A stretch of DNA of 20,000 nt from an uncultured virus (IMG/VR IMGVR_UViG_3300044675_001378) (Duplodnaviria; Heunggongvirae; Uroviricota; Caudoviricetes), in the IMG/VR virus record IMGVR_UViG_3300044675_001378. One strand, 5' to 3'. Made by a program: the position numbers and the translations under genes. Under the pieces are notes generated by a model. That model did no database searches. It had not been told where the DNA came from and saw nothing but the letters and a program-made list of their open reading frames with translations. Below are positions 7,642-15,018 of this stretch, piece after piece; the first letter of the stretch is position 1, and each line of letters begins with the position of its first letter.

Positions 7642-9612
7642 TTAATTCTTCGCCAAGCCATAACGCTTGTGTGCGCCTCCGTCAGCGGCCAGTGGTATGC
7701 CCGGCATGTACTTCGGCTCCATAGTCATCTGCGCCAAAACCCATGTTTTAGCGTCAGCAACGTCCTCATCAGGCACAACAGCAATCTGCTCGTCATGCAC
7801 GGTTCCAGCCACGAAGTACCTCTTCGCGGTTCTCAGCATCCCATCAGTCATCACGCATCTCGCTACGCCCTGCGTGACATTGTTGGTTATTTTTCCTGCA
7901 TACAGTTTAGTCTCATCTGCGCCGTATGTCCACTGCAACCTGCCTTTTTCATCTTTCCCCGGTTTCAGGTCAGGATATAGCAGGCTCATGCCAGAGGGCA
8001 GCACGATCTCCCCCTTCTTGAAGGTCACGCACTTGTGGGTGTACTCCTTGCCTTCGTACAGGCTGTACTGGATCAGGTGCCCGAACATGTTCCACAGCGC
8101 CACCACAGGCTCGGCAGTCAGGCGGTACTTGTCGATGATGGCCTTGGCCGCGAGACAGTGGATGACCAACTCCGTCATGGTGCAGATGTGCGGTATCTCT
8201 TCGAGCTTCTTGAGGTTGTCATCCCAGTCCAAGAACTTCTCGGCGGTCTCGGCAGTCACTCCAAGCGTCTTGGCGAACTCCTTGGTGTACCTGACCGGCG
8301 GTGCCCCAAGGAAACCGACGAGTAGCTGAGCCGCAAACGATGCCCAGCCAAGACCATAGCCGCACCCGAGTAGGGCCGATTTAGCAGACTGACGAAGGTC
8401 TGGATGCGACTCCTTGGTAAGCCCGGGAATGTTAAACATCTGGGAGCCGAAAGCGGCATAAGGGTCACCCCCTGCGCTGAAGATGTCGAGCATATTCCCG
8501 TAATCCGAAAGCCACGCGAGGACTCGCGGTTCAATCTGCGATAAGTCCCCCACGACGAGCTGGTGCCCCTCGGGAGCCATAATTGCTTTGCGTAGGAACG
8601 AGCCTCGTTTGAGGTTCTGCATATTGATGGCGCTGCCTTTGCTGGCCGTCCACCTACCCGTGCTGGCCCCGTAATAGCTGAGCGGGACCGGCAGCGCTCC
8701 GCGCTTGCTGATGTCGAGGAACCGCTGAGCACGCGTACGTTCAGTAGTTGATTTGACCGCCAGTCTCGCTTCGCATAGATGCGCCACGTCTTCATTGGCT
8801 CCGTTGAGGAGGGCTTGGAACATAGCGTCATTTTTAGCGAGAGCAAGCGTGCTCTTGCCGGTTGTCTTACTGATTTTGCGCGGCGGCGGTATGCCGAGCG
8901 CTTCCAGTGCTTCTGCAAATTTAGGGTTCGATGCCAGTACAGCCTCGTCCACGCCGAGCCGATGTAGTAGTGCTTCACGTTTTTCCTTTTCTTCATGTAG
9001 TGCGTCAACCAGCATGGCGCTGTCAAGTTGTAGCACCGGGTTCGTGTACATCTTGAGCGTCATGTCTATAAGCCTAAGTTCCTTCGCTGGGTAGCCTCGT
9101 GATAGCCGTTGGAAGATTTGTTCGCATAGATATACGTCGTGTTTGCAATACTCTGCAAGTTCATGTTCCATGTTCGCGTCCAGCTCGGCCAGACCATCGG
9201 TACTGTATACGGCGGTCCCTTTGGCGGGAAGACCAAAAGCTGCTGCAAGTCGGGCGAGACTGTTGCCAACCTCAACGCCACGCAAAGCTCGCGCCATTGA
9301 CAGGGTATCGAAGATGAAACAGGGGTGGGTGTCGTACTCCCATCCAAGGATGGATACGTCGAACTGTGCGTTATGAGCAAGGATGGCGGTTCGTCCCCAG
9401 TCGTACTGCTGAAGGTACTCAGATAGGTCTCGTCCTCGTACCCACTCAATTGGCTCATCGCTTCCGTATACATGGACGCAAGCTCCGAACGCGTGGAATC
9501 TCTCATGGCGTATGTACTCCTCGGTTGTCATCATGGACAGTGAGTAGCCGGTCTTGCGGTCCCACACTGTCTCAAAGTCAATGCTTACTATCTGGTCGTA
9601 GGGGGCGCTCAA
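7642..9612 (-). CDS. polA: Family A DNA polymerase with 3'-5' exonuclease domain
   Basis: ExoI SIDFET, ExoII AHNAQFD, ExoIII YCKHDV, TGRW, motif A GDLSQIEPRVLA, motif B RQSAKSALLGCGYG, motif C TVHDEQI. Confidence 0.96.
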   Translation of the reverse strand: MSAPYDQIVSIDFETVWDRKTGYSLSMMTTEEYIRHERFHAFGACVHVYGSDEPIEWVRGRDLSEYLQQYDWGRTAILAHNAQFDVSILGWEYDTHPCFIFDTLSMARALRGVEVGNSLARLAAAFGLPAKGTAVYSTDGLAELDANMEHELAEYCKHDVYLCEQIFQRLSRGYPAKELRLIDMTLKMYTNPVLQLDSAMLVDALHEEKEKREALLHRLGVDEAVLASNPKFAEALEALGIPPPRKISKTTGKSTLALAKNDAMFQALLNGANEDVAHLCEARLAVKSTTERTRAQRFLDISKRGALPVPLSYYGASTGRWTASKGSAINMQNLKRGSFLRKAIMAPEGHQLVVGDLSQIEPRVLAWLSDYGNMLDIFSAGGDPYAAFGSQMFNIPGLTKESHPDLRQSAKSALLGCGYGLGWASFAAQLLVGFLGAPPVRYTKEFAKTLGVTAETAEKFLDWDDNLKKLEEIPHICTMTELVIHCLAAKAIIDKYRLTAEPVVALWNMFGHLIQYSLYEGKEYTHKCVTFKKGEIVLPSGMSLLYPDLKPGKDEKGRLQWTYGADETKLYAGKITNNVTQGVARCVMTDGMLRTAKRYFVAGTVHDEQIAVVPDEDVADAKTWVLAQMTMEPKYMPGIPLAADGGAHKRYGLAKN

Positions 9613-9887
9613 TTAAATTTCTCCTTGGGTGGTGCGCCTACTGTGGCCATGAACGACGTCAGGTTGTGTGCGTAGTTAATCATGTTGGCAGCGGGTATCT
9701 CGTCACAGTTAACGGTACACATTGCGATCTGGTTGGTGTTGTCCCTGCCGAACAGCAGCACCGCCTCGTGGTCGTCATCTACAAAGCAGCGCACTATGCG
9801 GCTGATGAGGAGCTTGAGGTATTCCCGCTCGGCTTCGTCCAGCTCCCCGATTGCTCTGTCAATTTCTTCTCGTGTCATCTCATCCAT
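9609..9887 (-). CDS. Hypothetical protein (92 aa)
   Basis: SD GGAG; coupled to the polymerase start. Confidence 0.75.
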   Translation of the reverse strand: MDEMTREEIDRAIGELDEAEREYLKLLISRIVRCFVDDDHEAVLLFGRDNTNQIAMCTVNCDEIPAANMINYAHNLTSFMATVGAPPKEKFN

Positions 9888-10168
9888 TGCAGCTTCTCCC
9901 TTAGTTCCTGTATGTTTGTTTCGTTGACCACCATCGTCATGCCCCCTGCTGTGCGGATGGCGGCTAGCTCCCTGTCTTGCAGGGCCGTGGTGACTCCCTT
10001 ACCTGCCTTGCACTCGATGGCAATGAAGCGCCCCCCGAAGCAGCAGATGATGTCCGGTATCCCCGCACGCCCGTAGCCATTGGCCGCAGGCGAGAAGTAA
10101 TAGATACCGAACTCAACCAGCAGCTTACGCACTGCTGCCTTGACTTTGCCTTCGGGGGTTTGTGCCAT
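9875..10168 (-). CDS. VRR-NUC domain nuclease (putative Holliday junction resolvase)
   Basis: TPEGKVK, GRAGIPDII, FIAIECKAGKG..TALQ (PD..ExK with Q), GG..MVVNE. Confidence 0.9.
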   Translation of the reverse strand: MAQTPEGKVKAAVRKLLVEFGIYYFSPAANGYGRAGIPDIICCFGGRFIAIECKAGKGVTTALQDRELAAIRTAGGMTMVVNETNIQELREKLQWMR

Positions 10169-10383
10169 CAGATCACTTCTTTGAGTTTTTGCATATAGTG
10201 CTTGGCCTTGCCTGCGTCATCGCTGCCGTCCTTACGGCCAGCACGCATGGCGTACTTGATGATGTTGCCCTTGAGAAATCCTTGGAACTCCTCTGGGGTA
10301 AGCACCGCTTCCATCAGCGCCCACGGCTGGATGGGCATGTCCTTGTAGTGGCTACCACTGACCTGTACTTCGTCTGCTTTCAT
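10168..10383 (-). CDS. DUF3310 family protein (T7 gp1.7/SaV-like, putative nucleotide kinase)
   Basis: QVSGSHYK...GFLKGNIIKYAMRAGRK...DAGKAKHY signature. Confidence 0.85.
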   Translation of the reverse strand: MKADEVQVSGSHYKDMPIQPWALMEAVLTPEEFQGFLKGNIIKYAMRAGRKDGSDDAGKAKHYMQKLKEVI

Positions 10384-10706
10384 TGGGCTACTCCTTTAGC
10401 TCGTTGTGCTTTGCTGTAAATGGTGAACTGCTTGGGCTTCAGCGCGATCAGGGCTTCTGTCTTGGTGGTGAACGGCACGGTGCCGTAGTTCGGGTTAGTC
10501 TCACGCACTCTCTCAACAGTCTTGGTTGACATTGTGCTGCGTTTGTAAGTCATGTCCTGTGTGACGGGCTTGTCGCCGCGCCTGCTTGCTTCTTCTACAA
10601 CATAGCGCTTCCACTCGAACGCATTGGCGGGGGGCTTGGGGTTTAAATCTTTCAAAACAAAACATCCTTTGATGGGGTCATAACGGGACAGGGTGGCTAT
10701 TGTCAT
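10380..10706 (-). CDS. Hypothetical basic protein (108 aa)
   Basis: SD GGAGA; ATGA-coupled to DUF3310. Confidence 0.7.
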   Translation of the reverse strand: MTIATLSRYDPIKGCFVLKDLNPKPPANAFEWKRYVVEEASRRGDKPVTQDMTYKRSTMSTKTVERVRETNPNYGTVPFTTKTEALIALKPKQFTIYSKAQRAKGVAQ

Positions 10707-10875
10707 CTACTTTCTCCTTGGTTTTCTTTGGGCGTCCGCGCTTCTTGTCGGGGATTACCCGCTCTTCGGTTGTGAATGTGTGGTCGTTAGCGCATCTGCG
10801 TCTGCGCTCTACAAAGCCGCCCAAGTTCTTTGTCTGTTCGACTGTCGTCCACTCGTTACAGGTTGGGCATTTCAA
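10678..10875 (-). CDS. NrdR N-terminal-like zinc-ribbon protein (65 aa, TTG start) with AT-hook-like KRGRPKK
   Basis: TTG at 10875 after AAGGAGAAGAACAC; (M)KCPTC...ERRRRCANDHTFTTEE resembles the NrdR zinc ribbon; no ATP-cone. Confidence 0.7.
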   Translation of the reverse strand: MKCPTCNEWTTVEQTKNLGGFVERRRRCANDHTFTTEERVIPDKKRGRPKKTKEKVDDNSHPVPL

Positions 10876-11050
10876 GTGTTCTTCTCCTTGGTTCAGGGTC
10901 ACGCCAGATGTCCGGTGTTGCCCATGCAAACAGGCAGTGCCACATGGTTGCGGACTTGTTCCCAAAGCGGCCGTAGAAAAGTTTGGCAAGGTCAAGCTGG
11001 TTCTCACGCTCTTGCAGCCACCATTCACGGGCGGTTGTAGGTCTGGTCAT
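10856..11050 (-). CDS. Hypothetical protein (64 aa, MTRPTTAREWW...)
   Basis: Internal ATG at 11050 with SD GAGGAG; ATGA overlap with the upstream stop. Confidence 0.65.
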   Translation of the reverse strand: MTRPTTAREWWLQERENQLDLAKLFYGRFGNKSATMWHCLFAWATPDIWRDPEPRRRTLEMPNL

Positions 11051-11229
11051 GTGTTCTCCTCTTCGGGCCATGAGTTGGCGTTCAGCACGGCTGAAAGAAT
11101 TTTGGCGTCCAGCTTTTCTCCGTGCTCTTCTTCGTACCAGCGCATAGTTTGACCAAGCCAGATTAAACGGTTGAGCGTTTCCTCTACGGACAATCCAAAC
11201 TGCTCGTTCAGTGGCTTCTGTTTTTTCAT
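11047..11229 (-). CDS. Hypothetical protein (60 aa)
   Basis: ATGA overlaps on both sides; SD GGAG. Confidence 0.7.
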   Translation of the reverse strand: MKKQKPLNEQFGLSVEETLNRLIWLGQTMRWYEEEHGEKLDAKILSAVLNANSWPEEENT

Positions 11230-11492
11230 GTGCTCTCCATAATTTTTTCAAGCAACGCAGCTTCGTTTTGTCTCCACTGCGGCACTACATTCGGGTCATA
11301 CAACATGTAGTGGTCGTACATCTTGAGCATGGTCTCGCGGTCAATGTAATAGTCGCGCGTCACAGCCAACTCAAAAATGTCTCTTGCAAGCCTACGCATC
11401 GCATTCTTGTGGAGATGGTCATCTCTGTCCCACTCAGACTTCAGTTTGGCTTGCCAGTTCAGGTCGTTACCGTTTCTGCGTAGCACTCTCAT
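11226..11492 (-). CDS. Hypothetical protein (88 aa, MRVLRRNGND...)
   Basis: Internal ATG at 11492 with SD GGGAG and ATGA overlap. Confidence 0.7.
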   Translation of the reverse strand: MRVLRRNGNDLNWQAKLKSEWDRDDHLHKNAMRRLARDIFELAVTRDYYIDRETMLKMYDHYMLYDPNVVPQWRQNEAALLEKIMEST

Positions 11493-11668
11493 GTGTTCAA
11501 CTCCCTCAACATGGCTTGCACCGCCTTTGCAAACACCACTTGTCCCCAAGGCATAGGCGCACCTCGGTGTTCCGCTACCACCTCGTAGTAGATCGCTTCT
11601 AGTTGTGAATCACTCAGGTTTACCCACGGCTTCTTGTAGACCTGTGTGTCATCGTCATCGTCAATCAT
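11489..11668 (-). CDS. Small hypothetical protein (59 aa, MIDDDDDTQVYKKPWVNLSDSQL...FAKAVQAMLRELNT)
   Basis: Manually translated, below the ORF-track cutoff; ATGA overlaps at both ends. Confidence 0.7.
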   Translation of the reverse strand: MIDDDDDTQVYKKPWVNLSDSQLEAIYYEVVAEHRGAPMPWGQVVFAKAVQAMLRELNT

Positions 11669-11826
11669 TTCTTCTTCTCCTTGGGCTGCGTTTCTTTAAA
11701 TTGTTCGCACGTCCCCTCTGGCGTAAGCGACTTGACGCAGGGCTTTTCGATGACGGCGCACATCAGAATGACGGTGTGCTTGGTGCGTTGTTTTTGTAAA
11801 TAAATACATTTCAGGCATGGCTTCAT
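11665..11826 (-). CDS. Small Cys-rich, putative zinc-binding protein (53 aa, MKPCLKC...C...C...CEQF)
   Basis: Manually translated; SD AAGGAG; ATGA overlaps at both ends. Confidence 0.65.
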   Translation of the reverse strand: MKPCLKCIYLQKQRTKHTVILMCAVIEKPCVKSLTPEGTCEQFKETQPKEKKK

Positions 11827-12131
11827 GTGTTCTTCTCCTTGAGTTCGGCTTCAATGGCTCGGTCAATTGCTTCATCCAAGTTCGGGCCGCGAATGTCTCG
11901 CAGACTCATGTGCCAGTAATGATTGCCACCCATGTCCAGCGACATTGCACGGGCCATACCCTTGATGTGTTGGTAGCGTGCAGCATCCTTCTGCGCTGGC
12001 TGTGCCAAGGCTGCTTTAATGGCATCAATTGCAACAAAGCCCGCTTCACGCTCGGGGTCAGTCCAGACAAACTTCATTCCGTTTTCCAGCGCCTCCAGCG
12101 CCAGCTTCAGTGCTTCTGTTTCTTTGGTCAT
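11823..12131 (-). CDS. Hypothetical protein (102 aa, MTKETEALKLALEALE...DAARY...LDEAIDRAIEAELKEKNT)
   Basis: Internal ATG at 12131 with ATGA overlap. Confidence 0.75.
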   Translation of the reverse strand: MTKETEALKLALEALENGMKFVWTDPEREAGFVAIDAIKAALAQPAQKDAARYQHIKGMARAMSLDMGGNHYWHMSLRDIRGPNLDEAIDRAIEAELKEKNT

Positions 12132-12259
12132 ATCCACCCCAATCCTTGGCAAGCAGCCGCAATAAGAAAGACGCAGCCAACAGTAATGCAGTAAACCCTG
12201 TCACAGTGTGGAGCTATCCAGATGATTCCCGTCAATATCAGAAGTTGAGGGTCAGTCAT
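12128..12259 (-). CDS. Small hydrophobic (membrane) protein (43 aa)
   Basis: Manual translation MTDPQLLILTGIIWIAPHCDRVYCITVGCVFLIAAACQGLGWI; SD GGAGG; ATGA overlap downstream. Confidence 0.6.
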   Translation of the reverse strand: MTDPQLLILTGIIWIAPHCDRVYCITVGCVFLIAAACQGLGWI

Positions 12260-12410
12260 GCTCGTCCTCCTTTGCTTCATCAATCAGTTGCTGTTTAACA
12301 AACTCCAAGCAGCCAACCACGGTTGCCGAGTACAGGGTGTCATCGTATTTGTGGATTGTGTTGAGCAAGTCCTCCACAAAGCTGTCTATAAGTTTCTTTT
12401 GGTCAGTCAT
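12252..12410 (-). CDS. Small acidic hypothetical protein (52 aa)
   Basis: Manual translation MTDQKKLIDSFVEDLLNTIHKYDD...VVGCLEFVKQQLIDE; ATGA overlap with the upstream stop. Confidence 0.65.
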   Translation of the reverse strand: MTDQKKLIDSFVEDLLNTIHKYDDTLYSATVVGCLEFVKQQLIDEAKEDEHD

Positions 12411-12631
12411 GCTTGTCCCCTTGCTCGGATTGCTTCGGCAATGAACTCGCTCACGGCATCGTCAGGGATAAACAAACTCTCAATTAACTGAGCACACGCC
12501 TCACGCTCATCAGCACGGACAAGCTCAATGAGCTTTGGCAAGTTCACATACCCGTCCCAGTCGTTCTCTACCCACGCTTGTCGAGCGAACTCTCTGTCTG
12601 CTTCGCTCATGTCTTTCATGCGCTTGTTCAT
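12407..12631 (-). CDS. 'IRARG' family small protein, paralog 3 (74 aa)
   Basis: LVRADEREACAQL...IAEAIRARGQA. Confidence 0.75.
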   Translation of the reverse strand: MNKRMKDMSEADREFARQAWVENDWDGYVNLPKLIELVRADEREACAQLIESLFIPDDAVSEFIAEAIRARGQA

Positions 12632-12828
12632 GTGTTCCCCCTCGCTCGAATGGCTTTGCCTACACCTAAATTTGTCCCTTCACACCCCTCTATGTATTCG
12701 TCAGCCAGCTTCGCACACGCCTCACGCTCTGCTGCTGCGACAAGGGCGGCAAACTTAAACATAGATTCGGCTGTTTCAAAACTTGCATTCGCCTCACGCG
12801 CCATGCGGATGATGTCTTCTTGTGTCAT
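12628..12828 (-). CDS. 'IRARG' family small protein, paralog 2 (66 aa)
   Basis: MTQEDIIRMAREA...FAALVAAAEREACAKL...AIRARGNT. Confidence 0.75.
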   Translation of the reverse strand: MTQEDIIRMAREANASFETAESMFKFAALVAAAEREACAKLADEYIEGCEGTNLGVGKAIRARGNT

Positions 12829-13046
12829 GTGTTCCCCCTTGCTCGGATGGATTCTGCACAAGCTAACTCAGGTCGGTCGCCATAATAATCTTCCAAACTG
12901 TTAATTCCCTCGCAGTGTTTTGCACACTCTTCACGCTCATCAGCACGGACAAGGGCTTCAAAGCGCTTGAGAAACGGCAACAGGCTGTATTCGTCATCAA
13001 TCACAACCATGCCAGCCTCACGGGCCATCTCAATGATTGTTTTCAT
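12825..13046 (-). CDS. 'IRARG' family small protein, paralog 1 (73 aa)
   Basis: MKTIIEMAREAG...FEALVRADEREECAK...CAESIRARGNT. Confidence 0.75.
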   Translation of the reverse strand: MKTIIEMAREAGMVVIDDEYSLLPFLKRFEALVRADEREECAKHCEGINSLEDYYGDRPELACAESIRARGNT

Positions 13047-13204
13047 GCGTCCACCCACTTCCAGCCCAGCACCAGACGCACACCCATGCGGTGAATCCAG
13101 AGGGGTTTTTTGGTCAGGTTGAAGGTAATTTCGCCCATGCGGTAGCCGCCAACATATTTGGGGGAGGTAAGCATCTTGAGCATTTCTGTGTCGTATATCG
13201 TCAT
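13043..13204 (-). CDS. Hypothetical protein (53 aa, MTIYDTEML...KKPLWIHRMGVRLVLGWKWVDA)
   Basis: Internal ATG at 13204; ATGA overlaps at both ends. Confidence 0.65.
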   Translation of the reverse strand: MTIYDTEMLKMLTSPKYVGGYRMGEITFNLTKKPLWIHRMGVRLVLGWKWVDA

Positions 13205-13464
13205 ATCAGCAGACTCCAAATCCAAGCGCCAGTAAAGAACAGTCCAAGGCAGATCACTGCCAGCACTGTAAAAATAGACCAAAGCATGAACGCTCCAATC
13301 CTGTGCCATGTTTCTGGCACTGGGTCGATGTCGGCGGGTACGACGGGATACGGCTTGACCTTGCGCGTCTCTGGCTCAAGCTCTGCCGTGGTGAAGTGGC
13401 AGTCCATGCCGCAAGTCGGCTGGCGTGGGCATTCACGATAACCCGTGTCGCACATCCTTGTCAT
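13201..13464 (-). CDS. Membrane protein with Cys-rich N-terminus (87 aa)
   Basis: CDTGYRECPRQPTCGMDCH at the N-terminus; long hydrophobic C-terminal segment; SD GGAGG. Confidence 0.7.
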   Translation of the reverse strand: MTRMCDTGYRECPRQPTCGMDCHFTTAELEPETRKVKPYPVVPADIDPVPETWHRIGAFMLWSIFTVLAVICLGLFFTGAWIWSLLI

Positions 13465-13667
13465 GCTGCCTCCTCGGTCTTGCCCAAGTACGCCTTCAGG
13501 CGCTTGACTCGTTGCTTGTTGTAAGTCACCAGCGCTTGTGCATATTCGACCCCTGATTCAGCCTTCAACAATTCATGCTCGGCGTGCATCAACTCGTGCG
13601 TAACGGCTTGTGTCGGCGTCACGGTCTTGAGCATCAACCTCAATTCGGTCCACATATATTTCCACAT
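13461..13667 (-). CDS. Hypothetical coiled-coil protein (68 aa, MWKYMWTEL...)
   Basis: Internal ATG at 13667 with SD GGAGG. Confidence 0.7.
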   Translation of the reverse strand: MWKYMWTELRLMLKTVTPTQAVTHELMHAEHELLKAESGVEYAQALVTYNKQRVKRLKAYLGKTEEAA

Positions 13668-13668
13668 A

Positions 13669-14289
13669 TCAACCTCCAAACATTGTTTGCAATTCGCGGT
13701 ACAGCATGTGCGCTTCCTTGATACTGAGCGTCTCCAACACCTGCTTGGCCGTGAGAAGTGTCGGCGCGGGGGCAGCTTGGGCATGGGACGCGTTGAGCGT
13801 AGCTATCCCTGCGCGTATCCCGTTTTGCTTCTTGATGGCCGCGATGTCGATGTTCACTTTCGCTGGTTGGCGTGGCGGTGGGTCTGCTTTGGTGGGGGCT
13901 TTCGTATTGGCCAGCTTCTTTCTCAGCAACGCTCCCATGTTGCGTATGGTGGCCGTTGCCTTCAGTGGACGGAACTCTGGAATGAGCGCCGTCAGCTTGC
14001 CGTCCTTGTCTCTGCTCAAGTGTCCTTGCCTAATCATCTGCGTGTACAGCGAGGTCAGCGAGCTTTTCTTGAACCCTTGCTTCTCCAGCGCTTGCACGGC
14101 TTGCGTTGCGGTTGTGTAGGGGTTGTCTCTGACATAGTTGAACGATGCTTGCGACACCCCCACTGTGGGTTGGAAGTAGTGCCTTTGCTTGGCGGATGCA
14201 GCTTGCTCCTGAGAAGATGTTGATAGGGGAGTCTCGGCTTTTTCCCACTCGTTCAGCACGGCATGCAGTGCGGTCTTCATATCTGGCAT
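13669..14289 (-). CDS. Putative winged-helix DNA-binding protein (206 aa)
   Basis: Start MPDMKTAL at 14289 with SD AAGGAG; SFNYVRDNPYTTATQAVQAL...SSLTSLYTQMIRQGHLSRDKDGKLTA resembles a wHTH. Confidence 0.6.
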   Translation of the reverse strand: MPDMKTALHAVLNEWEKAETPLSTSSQEQAASAKQRHYFQPTVGVSQASFNYVRDNPYTTATQAVQALEKQGFKKSSLTSLYTQMIRQGHLSRDKDGKLTALIPEFRPLKATATIRNMGALLRKKLANTKAPTKADPPPRQPAKVNIDIAAIKKQNGIRAGIATLNASHAQAAPAPTLLTAKQVLETLSIKEAHMLYRELQTMFGG

Positions 14290-14317
14290 TGTTTTCTCCT
14301 TGATTGAAATCGGGTAT

Positions 14318-14338
14318 TGTCCACTATTAGACATGTTA
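14318..14338 (-). promoter_or_regulatory. Operator-like inverted repeat (minus TGTCTA-ATAG-TGGACA, 14333-14318) with abutting -10-like TAACAT (14338-14333)
   Basis: Same palindrome and same -10 overlap geometry as 4275..4295; no good -35 box. Confidence 0.5.
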
Positions 14339-14373
14339 GTGTTCACTCTTTTTTGTAAGGGGTTTCCCCCCCC

Positions 14374-14466
14374 TCATAACGGCCTCCAGTAAAGTAAATC
14401 AAGCGCTACTACGATAAGCGCGAGTAGGAACACTACCCGCGTGATGGTGTCTCCTCTGTCAAACAT
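14374..14466 (-). CDS. Small single-pass membrane peptide (30 aa, MFDRGDTITRVVFLLALIVVALDLLYWRPL)
   Basis: Manual translation; strong SD GGAGGAG; hydrophobic core. Confidence 0.6.
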   Translation of the reverse strand: MFDRGDTITRVVFLLALIVVALDLLYWRPL

Positions 14467-14752
14467 TCAGCTCCTCCGGTATCTCAATGTCATTGCCAAG
14501 TCGGCTTGCTACATAACAGCGCATGGCTGCGATCAGGGGTGTTGGGCCGGGGTGTTCGATCACGCCACGCCATGCAACCCAGCGTGTGAGGTGCCAAGCT
14601 GTTGCGATCTTCTCCCGCTCAATGATCGGGCCGCCTTGCTCCCAAGAGCTTGAGTACCAGTCCCAATTTTCTTGTCGCACGATGATCTCTACACCCTCAC
14701 ACTTCGCCACTGCCCAATCAAGGGCGGCACCTGTCAGTTCATCTGTTTTCAT
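14459..14752 (-). CDS. DUF2591 / NinX-family phage protein (97 aa)
   Basis: ELTGAALDWAVAKCEG, YSSSWEQGGPIIERE, GPTPLIAAMRCYVASRLG. Confidence 0.8.
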   Translation of the reverse strand: MKTDELTGAALDWAVAKCEGVEIIVRQENWDWYSSSWEQGGPIIEREKIATAWHLTRWVAWRGVIEHPGPTPLIAAMRCYVASRLGNDIEIPEELNV

Positions 14753-15018
14753 TTGTCTTCTCCTTGGTCGATATAGATGTTGTCGGCCACTGGCCCGATG
14801 CGGGTGCGGTGCTTGACCTCGCAGTTGCTGTTCATCATCCAGCAAGCTGTCTCGATGGCATCGCGCACATCCTCCATGATGGAAAACCCAGCGCCATGCC
14901 GAGGCTCGTCAACACTGAACACTGTGGTTATGTAAACTCCTCCGAACTTCCAAGCCTGCTCCCAACTGTCGTAGTTGCTGGCGTTGTACATCTCAATGAA
15001 CGTGTGTTTCTCAGTCAT
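14749..15018 (-). CDS. Hypothetical protein (89 aa, MTEKHTFIEMY...)
   Basis: Internal ATG at 15018 with SD AAGGAG; ATGA overlaps at both ends. Confidence 0.7.
   Translation of the reverse strand: MTEKHTFIEMYNASNYDSWEQAWKFGGVYITTVFSVDEPRHGAGFSIMEDVRDAIETACWMMNSNCEVKHRTRIGPVADNIYIDQGEDK

Noticed and set aside
2910..10076. Plus-strand ORFs over the SSB-like, helicase and polymerase genes, and alternative-frame minus ORFs 8256..9026 and 9066..9506
   Set aside because: They lie almost wholly over well-supported genes, have no recognisable motifs, and are expected in GC-rich coding DNA.
12407..13046. Paralog repeats as a diversity-generating retroelement TR/VR pair
   Set aside because: No reverse transcriptase in the window; shared blocks are short and differences are not adenine-specific.
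14349..14373. GGGG-AAA-CCCC hairpin near an A/T run as an intrinsic terminator
   Set aside because: On the coding (minus) strand it is followed by TTACAAAAAA rather than a U tract, and on the plus strand the T run precedes the stem.
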